DNA from: Haliotis cracherodii
Taxonomy: Eukaryota
Assembly (NCBI RefSeq): GCF_022045235.1
Contig: NW_027266275.1
Coordinates: forward strand, 53,878,001 to 53,942,000
DNA length: 64,000 nucleotides
Direction: 5' to 3'
Positions 29,901 through 44,900 of this stretch are shown in pieces. A program made the position numbers and the translations under genes. The stretch's first letter is position 1. Each line of letters begins with the position of its first letter. The notes under the pieces were generated by a model. It worked only from the letters and a program-made list of their open reading frames with translations, was not told the origin of the DNA and searched no databases.

Positions 29901-32900
29901 CTGCTTGAGGCTTCTATTTGCAAGGCAGACGATGTTTGATGTAGCGCTGAGCTTTCCTCAACTAGACTACTTGAGGCGTCTATCTGGAATGCAGACGATG
30001 TTTGAAGTGGTACTGAGCTTCCTTCAGCAACACTGCTTGAGGCGTCTATCTGGATTGCAGACGATGTTTGATGTAGCACTGGGCTTTCCTCACCTAGACT
30101 ACTTGAGGCGTCTATCTGGATTACAGTCGATGTTTGATGTAGCGCTGAGCTTTCTTCAGCAAGACTGCTTGATACATCCATCTGGATTGCAGTCGATGTT
30201 TGATGAAGTACTAAGCTTTCTTCAGCAAGACTGCTTGATACATCCATCTGAATTTCAGTCAGTGTTTGATGAAGCACTGAGCTTTCTTCAGCAAGACTGC
30301 TTGATACATCCATCTGGATTGCAGTCGATGTTTGATGTAGCGCTGAGCTTTCTTCAGCAAGACTGCTCGATGCATCCATCTGAATTGCAGTCGATGTTTG
30401 ATGTGGCACTGAGCTTTCTTCAGCAAGACTGCTTGAGGCGTCTATCTGGATGGCAGTCGATGTTTGGTGTAGCACTGAGCTTTCTTCACCAACACTGCGT
30501 AAGGCAGATGTCTGCTTTGCAGCAGTAGTTGAAGTTTGCACAGCGTTTTCCCCAGCGACACTTGTAGATGTTTCTTGGTTTGTAGCGCCAGAGGTAGCTG
30601 GAATTAACGAAATAATTGCCTGAACGACATCCTTTTGAAAACTGATCATAGCAATCATTATGTTATCAAAGAGTAAACTGTAGTGTTTGACAATTCTACA
30701 AAGATTCATAAGCCAAATGAGTCAATGAATGGCTCATTTTTTTAAAACCCGCATCGGTATTAAACATGTAGTGAAATATTACTATAAACATCATAATCTC
30801 ATCACACCTCGTTCATTAAGATATTACTTGAGATGACATTATTCAATCATACCTCCTTGTTGAATTGAAGCGTCAGAGCTGGGAACTGGTACTTTACCAG
30901 TGAAATCTGTAAGGAAACATGAGTTCTCTTATTAGGGAAGTAGTTAAAGATGTTGAGGATTGAGTGAGTTGTGTTCAAAACCGCTTTGAACAGTATTTCG
31001 GTTCTGGTACGGTGTGTTAGGTGGGATGGAAAATGTGTATTGTTTTTAAACCGGAACATTTAACCATTAGTCCCTTTCGATACACATATTAAATATTTTA
31101 AAGATATATGTGTTACAGACAATATATGAATAACGTCAGTTAACCTGTATATTCGCCGTTCAGTGTATAATTTGGAGTAGCAATATTCTGGTATCCCGCG
31201 TTGAAGATTCCGGCTATTTCACTGTCCACCACCGTCGTCGTCGTAAAGCCGACGGTAAACTCCACCACAACGCTACCCTCTCTGCAAGTAAATGCACGGT
31301 TCAACTATTATCATTCTGATTGCGACAAACAATGTTTCAAACAAACATATGAATATTTTTAATGTGTCTAGTCTATAACTGTCTAATCTTCAAGATATTA
31401 ATAATTGCTCTAAATTAAAGTGACTAAAATGTTCGAAGTATCATATGAATTTCTGTATAGCAATATCACAATTAGCAGCATTTAGTTGTTTTATGTTTTG
31501 TCTGGAGCATCATCATTTACAGAAAATAAAACATTCATCTGAACAGCACTGATCAGCCAGCGAAATTGAATGAACGAATCCTGGGTACCGAGTTATGCCC
31601 AGCTACATATATGTCCAGTTATAGGATCCATGTAAGGCGCCAGTCAACATACAGTGTCAACTTTACAGAGAGAATAGACAAAGGATGATCGGGATTCTTT
31701 TGCAATTGAAAAAAACCTTTACAAATACGTATGGCAGTTATCAGGTGAGTTGAACACGTGCATGTTTTGGACTTTTTACAACACCAGAATGAATGGTTAA
31801 GGCTAAGAGGTGTCCGAAAGCTGATTGTATAGTTTCCAGGAATATTGTTGGTGATATTTGACCATGGTCAAATTTTTCACCAAAGCTGATTTCATAAGGA
31901 GATTTCGCCTAATACATTCGCAAAACATATGGAACATCATCTTGGGTCACAGACTTGTTCATGGCTTGATTTTAGTAGGAAGCGAGAATAATCGTCTCTA
32001 AGCACTTATAAGGGCCATGCGGAAGAGTAAGAAAGACAAAAGACTAGTTGTCAGCCATTATTTTCGGCCAAATTTGCCTTTCCAGTGTCCAAATAGGGCC
32101 ATTATCCCACATCGTCCTTTGTCTTGGTATATTAAAGTACTAGTAGTTGAGACATATGTGTTGTTCGTTTTAAATTAAAGACGTATTTTTATAACATATT
32201 GTCATATATTATAACATGTTGGGCAATGGTGTGATGATGGTTACTCTACCTGAATCCAGTAATGACAATACTGTCGATGTATGGTGCCAAGTCTGTATTC
32301 CCGAAGATTTGCGTCAACTACAAAAATGACGATTTCTGATAAAATGCAGCAACAAAAACAGTCAAATAAAATATATACAGTTTCATAATATTTACATGAT
32401 GTCAATTTAGGTTTGTTTCATGTATCCCATAATACGTTGTTGATCTTCATAGTTCCTCTGGGAAACATCAAATTTGATTAAACGCCAAACAAATTCTATT
32501 TACAATTTTCGGCCCTGTGAAACTGTTACTTCTGAATGAATGACATAAAGTTTGCTACTCACGAACTGCAAAATCTTCTGCTTTAGTTGTTGATATTCAT
32601 CCGAACTTTTGTCATTGAGTTTGTCATTCCACGTGGCTCCGTCTGTGACCTTAATTACACCACTATATGACGTCGCTGATTCTGTAACGTGGGTTGTAGT
32701 GGGTTGTATTGCTGTTGTTGTGGCTGTTGTTGACGATGATGTTGTTGTTGGTGTCGTTGTCACAGTTGTGGTCGTTTGCTGTTCCGTTACCACATAGGAC
32801 GATGTTTGTCCGACGTATGATGATGATGATGTAGTTGGTTGCAATGTGAGAGATGTGATCGACACGTATTCTGAAGTGGGTGGTAGCATTGCTACAGATG

Positions 32901-35900
32901 TGGTTGGTGTTTCTTCTGTCGTCAGAGATGACGATGTTTCCTCGAGGTATGCTGATGATGTGGTTGGTGCCATCGCTAAAGATGAAGTCGGTGACTCTTT
33001 CGTCATCAAAGATGATGATTCGAGATATGCTGACGATGTGATTGGTTCCATTGTGACAGATGTAGTTGGTGCCGTTTCCGTCATCACAGATGATGATTCG
33101 AGATATGCTGACGATGTGATTGGTTCCATTGTGACAGATGTAGTTGGTGCCGTTTCCGTCATCACAGATGATGATTCGAGATATGCTGACGATGTGATTG
33201 GTTCCATTGTCACAGATGTAGTTGGTGCCGCTTCCGTTGTCAGAGATGATGATTCGAGATATGCTGACGATGTGATTGGTTCCATTGTCACAGATGTAGT
33301 TGGTGCCGTTTCCGTCATCACAGATGATGATGTCTCCTCGATGTAAGATGATGAAAATTGTGTTGGTTGCATATCTGCCGTTGATGTTAACGTGACTCCA
33401 TCTTGCGATGTGACAGTTGATGATGACGTTAAAAGGACATTGGAAGTGGAGGTTACTATTCCTACTGAGGTCACAGTATCAGAGTAGAAAACATCACTGC
33501 TACTTGACATCGATTCAAGGACTAAGGATGTTTCGGAAACAACAGAAGGGGCTACAAGCTCTGCTGAAATGGCATCTGACGAAGAAGGGGAAACGACAGC
33601 ATGTGAAGATGTTAGTTCCTCTGAAGAAAATGCCGACGTTGAAGTCCCTAATGAGGAGAACGAAGATGTACTGCTGAGCAAGGTTGAAGAGGGCAAAGAG
33701 TAAATACCCGTTGAAAACGAAGATGATGGGTCAGAAGATTCAATGGAGAATGCGGTCCCAGTGGAAGGTCCTATCAGGGATGTTGTCGTTCCTGTCAAAG
33801 ATGAAGATGCGACATTCAGAACTGGGGAAGAAAAATCAGTTGAAGATGTTGCAGGGCTAGATTCGTCAATAGAGTAGATTGTAGGCATTGTACTCGTACC
33901 TTCTGTAGATGAGGGCCATGATGAGGTCATAGTTGTAGGTTCGGAGCTTACTTCAACGATGAATGAGGATGGACTGTCACTTAATCCTGCAGAGGAAGGC
34001 ATCCCTGATGACAGAACCCCAATTGGAGATGATGCTTCGTTTGGAGTTGATGACATCCCACTTATTCCAGTTGAAGAAATTCCCTGTGACATCAACTCAG
34101 ACACAACTGTTGATGTAGCTACTTGTGGTGAAGTTACATAGTTCAAGGATATGGATGATGCCCCAGAAACGTCAGTCGAAGTAGACATAAGTGGTATGGC
34201 TGTTGACAATGTTTCTGTAACTGTATAAACTGTTGACGTTGTTGTTGTAACTGGGGATATTGATGACGTTGTTTCTGTCCCCGAAGATACTGCTGGTGTT
34301 GTATCTGTAGGCACTGCTGGTGTTATTGTTGTTGTTTCTGAAGAAACTGCTGCTGATGTTGTTGCTATAGGCGGAGATACTGTTGTTGTTGATGCTGTTG
34401 TTGTAACTGCAGACACTAACTGCGGTGTTGTTGTATCCGAAGATACTGTTGTACCAGAATGTGCTGTTGAAGTTGTTGTGTCAGAAGGTATAACTGACGT
34501 CATTGTTGCATCAGAAGGTACTGCAGACGTTGTCGTATCAGAAGGAACTGCTGACGTTGTTGTATCAGAAGTTACTGATAACGTTGCTGCTGACGTTGTT
34601 GTGTCAGAAATTGCTGCTGTTGACGTTGTTGTATCAGAAGAGGCTGCTGACGTTGTTGTATCAGAAGGTACTGCTGACGTTGCTGCTGACGTTGTTGTAT
34701 CGGAAGGTGCTTCTGACGTTGTTGTTGTATCAGAAGGTACTGCTGACGTTGTTGTATCAGAAGGTGCTTCTGACGTTGTAGTTGTATCAGAAGGTGCTGC
34801 TGACGTTGTAGTTGTATCAGAAGGTGCTGCTGACGTTGTAGTTGTATCAGAAGGTGCTTCTGACGTTGATGTATCAGAAGGTGCTGCTGACGTTGTAGTT
34901 GCATCTGAAGGTGCTGCTGACGTTGTTGCATCAGAAGGTACTTCTGACGTTGTATCAGAAGTTGCTGCTGACGTTGTAGTTGTATCAGAAGGTGCTGCTG
35001 ACGTTATAGTTGTATCTAAAGTTGCTGCTGACGTTGAAGATGTATCAGAAGGTACTGTTGAAGTTGTTGTTTCAGAAGGTGCTGCTGACGCCGTTGTTGC
35101 ATCAGAAGGTGCTGCTGACGTTGTATCAGAAGGTGCTGTTGACGTTGTAGCATCAGAAGGTACTAATGTCGTTGTTGCATCAGAAGGTACTGATGACGTT
35201 GTTGTATCAGAAGGTGCTTCTGACGTTGTAGTTGTATCAGAAGGTGCTGCTGACGTTGTAGTTGTATCAGAAGGTGCTGCTGACGTTGTTGTATCAGAAG
35301 GAACTGCTGACGTGGTAGTTGTATCAGAAGGTGCTTCTGACGTTGTAGTTGTATCTGAAGGTGCTGCTGACGTTGTTGTATCAGAAGGTACTGCTGACGT
35401 TGTAGCTGTATCAGAAGGTGCTGCTGATGTTGTAGTTGTATCTGAAGGTGCTGCTGACGTTGTAGATGTATCAGAAGGTACTGTTGAAGTTGTTGTTTCA
35501 GAAAGTGGTTCCGATGACGCCGTTGTTGCATCAGAAGGTGCTGCTGACGTTACATCAGAAGATATTAATGACGTTGTTGCATCAGAAGGTACTGATGACG
35601 TTGTTGTTTCAGAAGGTGCTGCTGACGTTGTTGTGGTATCAGAAGGTGCTGCTGACTCTGTTGTGGCATCAGAATGTGCTACGGACGTTGTTGTTGTTTC
35701 AGAAGGTACGGGTGACGTTGTGGTTATTCCTGAAGTTACTGCTGCTGTGGGTGCAGATACCGCTGACACTGATGTTGTAGCTGAAAACGCTGATGATGTT
35801 GTTGCTGTTTCAGAAGCTACTGCTAAAGTTGTTGTATCTGATGATACCGATGCTGGTGTTGTTGCGGTAGGTGCAGAATCTGTTGATTTGGTTGTTGTAT

Positions 35901-38900
35901 CAGAAGGTACGGTTGATGTTGTTGTATCAGAAGGTCCTGTTGACGTTGTTGTATCAGAAGGTACTGAAGACGTTGTTGTATCAGAAGGTACTACTGACGT
36001 TGTTGTATCAGAAGGTAGTGCTGACGATGTATCAGAAGGTGCTGCTGATGTTGTTGTTGCATCAGAAGATGCTGCTGACGTTGATGTTGTATCTGAAGGT
36101 GCTGCTGACGTTGTTGTTGCATCAGAGGGCGCTGCTGGCGATGTTTCAGAAGGTGCTGCTGGCGTTGTTGCATCAGAAGGTACTGCTGACGTTGTTGTTG
36201 TTTCAGAAGGTGCTGCTGACGTTGTTGTGGTATCAGAAGGTGCTGCTGACGCTGTTGTTGTAGCAGAAGGTGCTACTGACGTTGTTGTGGTATCAGAAGG
36301 TGCTGCTGACGTTGTTGTTGTATCAGAAGGTACTGCTGACGTTGTTGTTGTTTCAGAAGGTACGGCTGACGTTGTTGCATCAGAAGGTGCTGTTGACGTT
36401 GTGGTTGTATCAGAAGGTGCTGCTGACGATGTTGTATCTGAAGGTTCTGCTGACGTTGTTGTATCTGAAGGTACTGCTGACGTTGTTGTATCAGAAGGTA
36501 CTACTGACGTTGTTGTATCAGAAGGAACTGCTGACGTTGTTGTATCAGAAGGTGCTGCTGGCGTTGTTGTATCAGAAGGTACTACTGATGACGTTGTTGT
36601 ATCAGAGTGTGCTGAAGACGTTGTTGTATCAGAAGGTACTGATGACGTTGTTGTATCAGAAGGTACCACTGACGTTGTTGTATCAGAAGGGGCTTCTGAC
36701 GTTGTTGCGTCAGAAGGTTTCACTGATGACGTTGTTGTATCAGAGGATGCTGTCGACGATGTTGTATCAGAAGGCACTGCTGATGTTGTATCTGAAGGTA
36801 ATGCTGTCGTTGATGTTGTATCAGAAGGCACTGCTGACATTGTTGTTGTAGGTGGTGCTGTTGACGTTGTTGTAGATGGAGATACTGTTGACGTTGATGT
36901 TTTATCTGAAGATACCACTGACGTTGTTTCAGGAGGTACTGCTGACGTTGTTGTATCTGAAGATACTGCCGCTCCTGTTGTTGCTGTAGCTGCAGATACT
37001 GTTGACGCTGATGTAGGTGTTTCAGAGGGTACTGCTGACGTTGTTGTATCTGAAGTTACTACTGGCGTTGTTGCTGTTGGAGAAGGTTCTGATGACGTTG
37101 CTGTTGTTTCTGAAGATACAGCTGCTGATGTTGTTGTAGTTGCCGATTCTGTTGACGTTGTCGTTGCAGCTGAGGTCATTGCTGTATCGGAAGATCCTCC
37201 TGACGTTGTTGTATCAGAATGTGCTGATGTTGACGTTGTTGTATCAGAAGGTGTTGCTGAAGTTGTGGTATCAGAAGGAACTACTGACGTTGTTGTATCT
37301 AAAGGTGCTTCTGGCGTTGTTGTTGTATCTGAAGGAACTGCTGTCGTTGTTGTATCTGAAGGTACTAATGACGTTGGTGTTGTATCAGGAGGAACTGCTG
37401 ACGTTGTTGTTGTATCAGAAGGTGCTGACGACGCTGTTGTTGTATCAGAAGGTGCTGCCGTTGACGTTGTTGTATCAGAAAGCATTGCTGACGTTGTGTC
37501 AGAAGGTGCTGCTGACGTTGTCGTTGTATCAGAATGTGCTGCTGACGCTGTTGTATCAGAAGGTACTGAAGACGTTGTTGTTGTATCAGAAGGTACTGAT
37601 GACGTTGTTGTGTCAGAAGGAACTGCTGACGTTGTTGTATCAGAAGGTGCTTCTGACGTTGTTGTTGTATCAGAAGGTACTGCTGACGTTTTTGTTGTAT
37701 CGGAAGGTACTGCTGACGTTGTTGTTGTATCTGAAGGTACTGCTGACGTTGTTGTTGTATCTGAAGGTACTGCTGACGTTGCTGTATCTGAAGGTGTTGC
37801 TGACGTTGTTGTATCAGAAGGAACTGCTGACGTTGTTGTTACATCAGAAGGTGCTGCTGACGTTGTTGTATATGAAGATACAGCTTCAGATGTGGATGCA
37901 GGTGAAGATATTGTTGACGTCGTGGTATCTGAAGGTACTGATGTGAATGTTGTTGCTGTAGGGGCAGATACTGTTGACATTGTCGTAGCTGATGATGCTG
38001 GTGTTGCTGATGGTGTGTCTGCTAGGGATGTTGACAGAACTGGCTCATTGTCATGTGAAGTTATCTCCAGTGTTGATGAACTGTCCTCTACCGTTGATAC
38101 TGATAAGGTTGTAGGTGGAACTGGAAGTGGATATGTGGTATCATCGGTTGACATCAGCGTTGTTGTCTGGAATAGTAAAACATATTTGAAGGACAATATT
38201 ATCAAACGATTTCATGCCATGGTGTAAGATACAAAAGGAACCATCAACACGTGTCCATCAACACGTATAACAAATAAAGGGTGCAGTCTATCTATGGACC
38301 TAATTATACTTACGTTTCTCCGTGAAAATAAATGAGTTCAAATCAAACAGGGACGTTTTTATTAAGTCTATGCAACATGCAATTACTAACGAGGAAGGTA
38401 GATATCTATAACAAATGTATGTAAACAAATAAAATAGAAAAGCTTAAATCTTCAAAAATAGGAATTTTCAAAGTTACAAGATACAAATACTAAACAGATA
38501 ATCAGTAATGAATCACAGTTATTTACTCGAAAGCCACATTTGACATATGTGGCCATTTTAATTCATTATGATATTATGAAATATACCTGGAATACACTCA
38601 CATATGTGAATTTATTGTGAACGACTACAACAAATTGACACAAGTGACAACATCAAATACGAACCGAACTATGGGACATCTACTAGCTACCATCGACTGT
38701 ATATACACTGTGTGTCGTGTTCATACAACCTTACATTGCATTGCCTCTACAATCATACTGAATTTCATTTCTGTTAGTAAGTTTGCCGAATCCAAAATTG
38801 TGAGTTGGTTTGTAGACACCATACTCATGATCATGGGAGTCACTAAAATGACGCCTAAGACCTGCATTTAGCGTACACGTAACATGATTTAGAAATGTTC

Positions 38901-41900
38901 AAAGTTACAGCCACCTTACACGCTGATACCTAGGCATCAATCGTGATATATGGACACCACAAACAAGCACAAAGTCGGTAAAATAAACACTCAGTACCTA
39001 TGGTATACTGACTTGGGAAAGAACCTACTATTTGGTCGAACTAATAATGTACACTAAAATAGAATATGCTTTCTACGAATGAAGCTATAAAGATTCAAAA
39101 TGAAATTTATGGCAATACTATTTAAAAAAAGTTAAGAACATGTAAAAGTTTAAAAGTTTTAAAATTAAACTACATATATGGTTAGATATTATGACTGTTC
39201 TGTGTCAGCAGACATCATGTTGAAACAGATGTGTTCGCTCCACACGTGTTTCTGGCAATGGCTAGTAATGTGATGATCACAACACATCGACAGTGACGTC
39301 CACCCGTGCATGGCTGTGCGTCTCCACCTACTACAACACCAGGTGAGGTACAAAACGGCTCTTACTTCTTGCTCCAGGGAACTTACACCAGCAGAAGAGT
39401 CATGTGTGGATGGGACCATGGGGAGAGGGGATGTTCTTGTGGTCCATCTTGAGAATCTATTGTAGTTGTTGTTGATTGAATATCAGAATGAACGTATTCC
39501 ATGTTAAAGAAACCATGGTATCCATGGTTTGAATCTCTGAAGTAAGAATCTGGAGAGATTATCCAACAAGGGCATCTCTGTGCTGTGTATGTAGAGGCAA
39601 TGTCTGCTTCAAAACGGGACCCAGTTGATGTAGAAGACATCTTCATTATTTTGTGATCTGTGAACATTGCACTCATATATGACCTTAAAGTTTCTGAATT
39701 GAGTGGCTGAGTTGAAATGGCTTGATATGAAGACTCCTATGTCCATGATTCTGATTCTGGCAATGGAGTTGAAGTTTCAAAAGTGCTGTCATGGTTATAT
39801 TGTTATAGCTTGGAATTTTGGATGATTGTGATGACGAAATATAAATTGAATGGAATATACGATTTTGATTTATTGTCTCCGTTTAAGCTGACGTTTCCAA
39901 AAATTCAATTTTAGAATGATCACTATAACCTGTCATAAGTTGCATTCCCGGTATAGGCGTACACAGTGTTGTCATCTGGGACGCACGAAAGACGTAGATG
40001 TTCTTCATTGGATTACATAACATATATACTGTCACCTGTCTGTACAACTGTAGAATGCACATCAACATGCTAACTAATTGACTATAGCTTGTTCTTGAAT
40101 ATGTTGATTGTGCTGCTGAATTTTTTTTGGTCTTCCCAGACTTTCTGCTAGTCACATTTCCCAACTTGGCATCCTCGAACTTAAGCGATTGATTAAGTTA
40201 AAAGTTGATGGTTGATTTTCAGTGGTTGACGTCCAGATATAATCCATGCCATCTCTAGTTAAAGGGGATCTTCTCTTATACCTTTTGCATTTGAAGTCAG
40301 GATGAATTCATTATATATCATATAGTCTTGATATGAACTATCCCCTTTCTTTGCATTTGGCACATAAACAGAGGAAATCTGAAGAAAACTTCCTATCGTG
40401 TTGAAGCAACAGTATAAAATGTACTGATGAGGATGCATAAGCTGATGTGACTGACAGGGGTACAGGAGCTGGTCTCTGTAACGTTTCTCAAGAACTCATT
40501 GGTACTCTCTTAAGACAGGGTTTTCGTCTTTGATACCTCCAGAAATGTAAAGTAAATAGCAATTGTAGTTCAAGACGGCCCATTGACAGAGCATTTGTAA
40601 GCTTTATCAAAGAGTACCAGGGCTTGACAACAACCTTGTGCGTATTTCAACATTTAAACCAAAACTTCTCACCAGAATTAATGACCGCAACACATAAATT
40701 TGAGAAAGTATTCCTCAATAGGAAGATCCCTTTGTGATTGAGTCTGTGATGCTGAAGAGAAGTTTCTACTGTGACATATATAAGAGAAAGTGAAGGAAAA
40801 CGATATTAAAATATATTATAACTGACAGACGAAGGCGTATGGAACTAGATAAACTCTTGTTATGATTTCATAGCAAGGAAAAGTCCAAGAAAATAAAAAG
40901 AGTATCACTTACAGAAACTGTGAGCATTGTAAACGGGACTTGATTCCAACATTTCGGGCCAATAGAAAACAAGTCCATAGCATACAATATCACAAGACAA
41001 AGCTGATCAAGGCATCAAGGTGAATGGTCATGCTTACAAAGTAAACTCCCAGGTCTACAGGATGTACTATGCCGGATTTGGAGGGAACCATGATGTCATA
41101 AACAAAAGGAAGGTTGTGTGGTTGATGCTACAATTGCAACATATATCAACTGTGCCTTAGTCCTAAGGCAATCCTTGCTCTGCCTTGCAATGCTATTTTT
41201 GCTCCTGTTCATGTGAATGTTTGTTTGTTTGCTGTTTAACGCCGCATTCAGCAATATTACGGCTATGTGACAAGACAATCAAGTGATTGATATCATGAGC
41301 ATCGATCCACGCAATTGGGTTACGATGACATACATCAACCAAGTCAGCGAGCATGACCACCCGATCCCGTCAGTCGCCTCTTACGACAAACATAGTTGCC
41401 TTTTACATCAAGCATGGGTTGCTGAAGACCTATTCTAACCCGGATCTTCACAGGTTGTCCATGTGAATAGCAAATTCTATGAAGTAGATGTAAGTGTAGG
41501 TGTTGACATGCGTTGTTAAGAGACTATGTTGTTTCATAACATAACAAATAAGTGATAAGAACGTGTTACTGATTGTTCAGAGGTAAGGGACACGACGATT
41601 ATCGACTGTCAGATGTGGGCTGTTTTCATTATCACGATCGCGATAGTCTCTCTTTCAATAATAGATGAAGGAAGGATGGATGGTTTCCTGTTTATCTGGT
41701 CGGTTATCTGGATAGCATGATACTTGTATCATGTCCAGAGATGTGTACTCTAGGATATAGATATACAGACAGATATAAAACTGGGAGATGAAGAGAAACA
41801 ATGTTGAAGACCCCAGAACACATAAATATGTACACCCGATGACATACGTTCATGCCCAATTGAGCGGTCAGTTCAGAATAATACTGACAATCTGAGGACG

Positions 41901-44900
41901 ACTGCAAGTGTACAAAGACCAGTATATGATATACTGTATATGTACATTGGCATTTGGTGATTTATCCGTAGCAGTGTCATATATGGAAGATTATGAAGTA
42001 CGGCTGAAGGTGTAGCACCAACATGAAGACAGTATTGAAATCCACTTATTGTGCGCTTGTGGGTTTCATTTATTTTGGTAAAATAATGAGAATTCGTAAG
42101 ATGAAGTTTCAGGAATGGAGGATAACAGTTCTACTACTACTCAGTAAAACATGCATGATATTACTCTTATATTGAGAGACACTGTCAGAATATGACATGG
42201 CATACGTCAGGTTTTACCCGTTTCGATCTTCCAGTTGATTTGGATAACAGTTGAAGCATGTTATTTGAAGGGTCAGTTGAGGAAGGCTTGGTTGCTAAAT
42301 TTCTACTTCAAGAGCAGATTAATATACAGATGATGCTGATATGCTTTTTATGGAGAGACAAGATAATGGTCTAAGTTGTGAACAAATTACATTATTTTAC
42401 CTAACTATGACTCAGTCAGCATAAGTGCTATCTTTGATTATTTGTCTGATTTCACTGAATAGGAACAAAGAATATAATTGGGAAATGAAAGTATTGGAAT
42501 CACCATAGCTATAGGAAATAATTTCATCAACTTGGGTCCATGAAAGCACTGTGGAGACAGCAGAGGGTGGTTAGCTCAAGAGATATCAGGGAAATAATTG
42601 ATCAGGAACATGATGTTATATTGTTTGCAGATACCATCTCGTCTGGCGAATATGGTTCACTTGTTCATGGAGCTGAAGGTAATTCAGAAATCGCTTGGCG
42701 TATCTATGATGTGAGCATTGAAATCAGTTTTTTGTATATACGAGGGCTGGCTGAAAAGTTCTAAGCCTAACTGTGTAAGACCCGTACCAAGTCGATGGTT
42801 TTCATTTATTTCTCAACATAGTCCTCTTCCAGGTTTACACACTTTTGCCAGCGATGCTGCAAGGCCTGGATGCCGGTCAAGAAGAAATTTTCTTCAGACA
42901 CCCTAAAAAAGTCATTCTCAGCGGAAATGACGTCATCATTACAAGGAAAATGGCGACCGGCTTGTTCCTTTTTCATTTTGGGAAACAGGTGGAAGTCTGA
43001 CGGGGCCAAATCGGGTGAATAAGGGGGATGGTCAATGAGTTCGAAGCCACAATCATGGATCGCTGACATGGCAACCACCGATTTGTGAACAGGAGCATTG
43101 TCTTGGTGGAACAGGGCTCATTTAGTGAGCATACCCCGTCGCTTAGCTTTGATAGCTTCACGCGGCTATCTCAGTTGGTCAGCATAATATCTTCCATTGA
43201 TAGTCCAGCCTTTTTCAAGATAGTCAATCAGCAGAATACCCTTGGAATCCTAAAAGACTGAAGCCATCACCTTTCCAGATGAAGGAACCGACTTGGCTTT
43301 TTGAGGGGCTGGTGATTCCGGATGCTTCCATTGTTTAGGCTGAATTTTGGTTTCTGGTTGAAGGTGATGAATCCAGGTCTCATCCATGGTTACAAATCGG
43401 GCCAAAAATCATCGGGATCTGCTTCAAAACGGCATAAATTGTCACGGGACGTCAGGAATCTAACACGTTTCTGATCCGCTGTCAAGAGCTATGGCACCCA
43501 TCTTGCAGAAACTTTTGTCATTCACAACTCGTTGGTGATAATGTGCTCAACTCTCTCATGAGAGATGCCCACAACACTTGCAATATGTCGAGTGGTCAGT
43601 CGTCGATCAGCCATCACCATGTCATGAACCCAGGTAATGTTTTCCGTAATGGTTGCTGTTGAAGGCCTTCCTGGACGCGGGTCATCGTCAAGGCTCTCTC
43701 TGCCACGCTTGAATTCCGCAGCCCACTTCTTTACAGTGGTAAAGGAAGGGGCATCATCCCCTATAGTGGAGACCATGTCAGCATGTATTTGTGTTGGAGT
43801 TAGCCCTCTCAGTTGTAGGTACTTGATGACTGCTCTATAGCCACTTTTGTCCATTTCTGCTGTTTCAATGGGTAGGTTCAAGATGGTCTGGTACAAAGAC
43901 AATAATAACACTACAGTTGCAGTTCTTATGTCTATGATTCATTAAATGATTGTACTTGTTGGTGGCAAAAGTTTGTTTCAATCCGATTGAGATGTCCCAC
44001 TTAGGCTTAGAACTTTTCAGCCAGCCCTCGTACTTACACCTTCCTCCAATAAAAGAATAACATATTGCTTACTGTAACGCATGTTGAGAAGTCCACATTA
44101 ATGTTGATTCTGTTCTTTTTTAATCTTCCACTGATGAATCCGATTGTGGATTGGGACATGTAGTGACAAAACCTTACTTGATAAACTTTGATATTGTGGT
44201 AACTAAATACAGGGTGTTATGAAAATCTCTGAAACACTTGTTTGGGTCATCATATTAGTTTCAGTTGAAACGTCATATTTTCCTTAAGCAAAATGTTTTG
44301 AGTTGAAAGTTCTGTGTAGTACTTTCTATTTCGACTGACGATGTATCAAGCTATTTAGGTACGTGATTTACCAACATTACTTTCAATGATTAATTTGAAG
44401 AGCTGGGACACAATTGTGACAACATGAAGATTGACTTAACACTACTTTCTAAGTGACTATAAATGGTGCAATAAAATGAACAAAGATAAGAAGAAATTGA
44501 ACGTGAAAGCTATTTAGGTATGTGATTTACCAACATTGCTTTCAGTGATCAATTTGAAGATTTAGTACACAATTGTGGCGGTGGGAAGATTGATTGCAAT
44601 AAGATGAACAAAGATAAGAAGAGATTGAACGTGAAATTATTAGGATTACATCTGTAGGTGACAGATTCTGAGTTGATATATCAGTGACAGAAACAGACAA
44701 AGCAGGAGTGGATGTTCAAATACATGAGATGGTTGTGCTTGCTGTGGAACCAGCTGTTGACACGACGACTCATAGGTTGCTGCTCATTGTGGGTAGATGG
44801 TCACTTGGTGACAGTGCACCAGTTATTGTTGACACTGAAGATTCAGGTAGCCTATTGCTCATTGTGGGTAGATGGTCACTTGGTGACAGTGCACCAGTTA

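Noticed and set aside
29368-30528. 386-aa plus-strand Leu/Cys-rich repeat ORF that superficially resembles an LRR
   Set aside because: Antisense reading of the 66-bp repeat in exon 9.
34478-38227. 1249-aa plus-strand ORF (VVVSEGAAD repeats) and similar acidic ORFs at 49775-55696
   Set aside because: Antisense shadows of the Ser/Thr repeat exons; no splice or domain support, and the minus strand links in frame to SEA exons.
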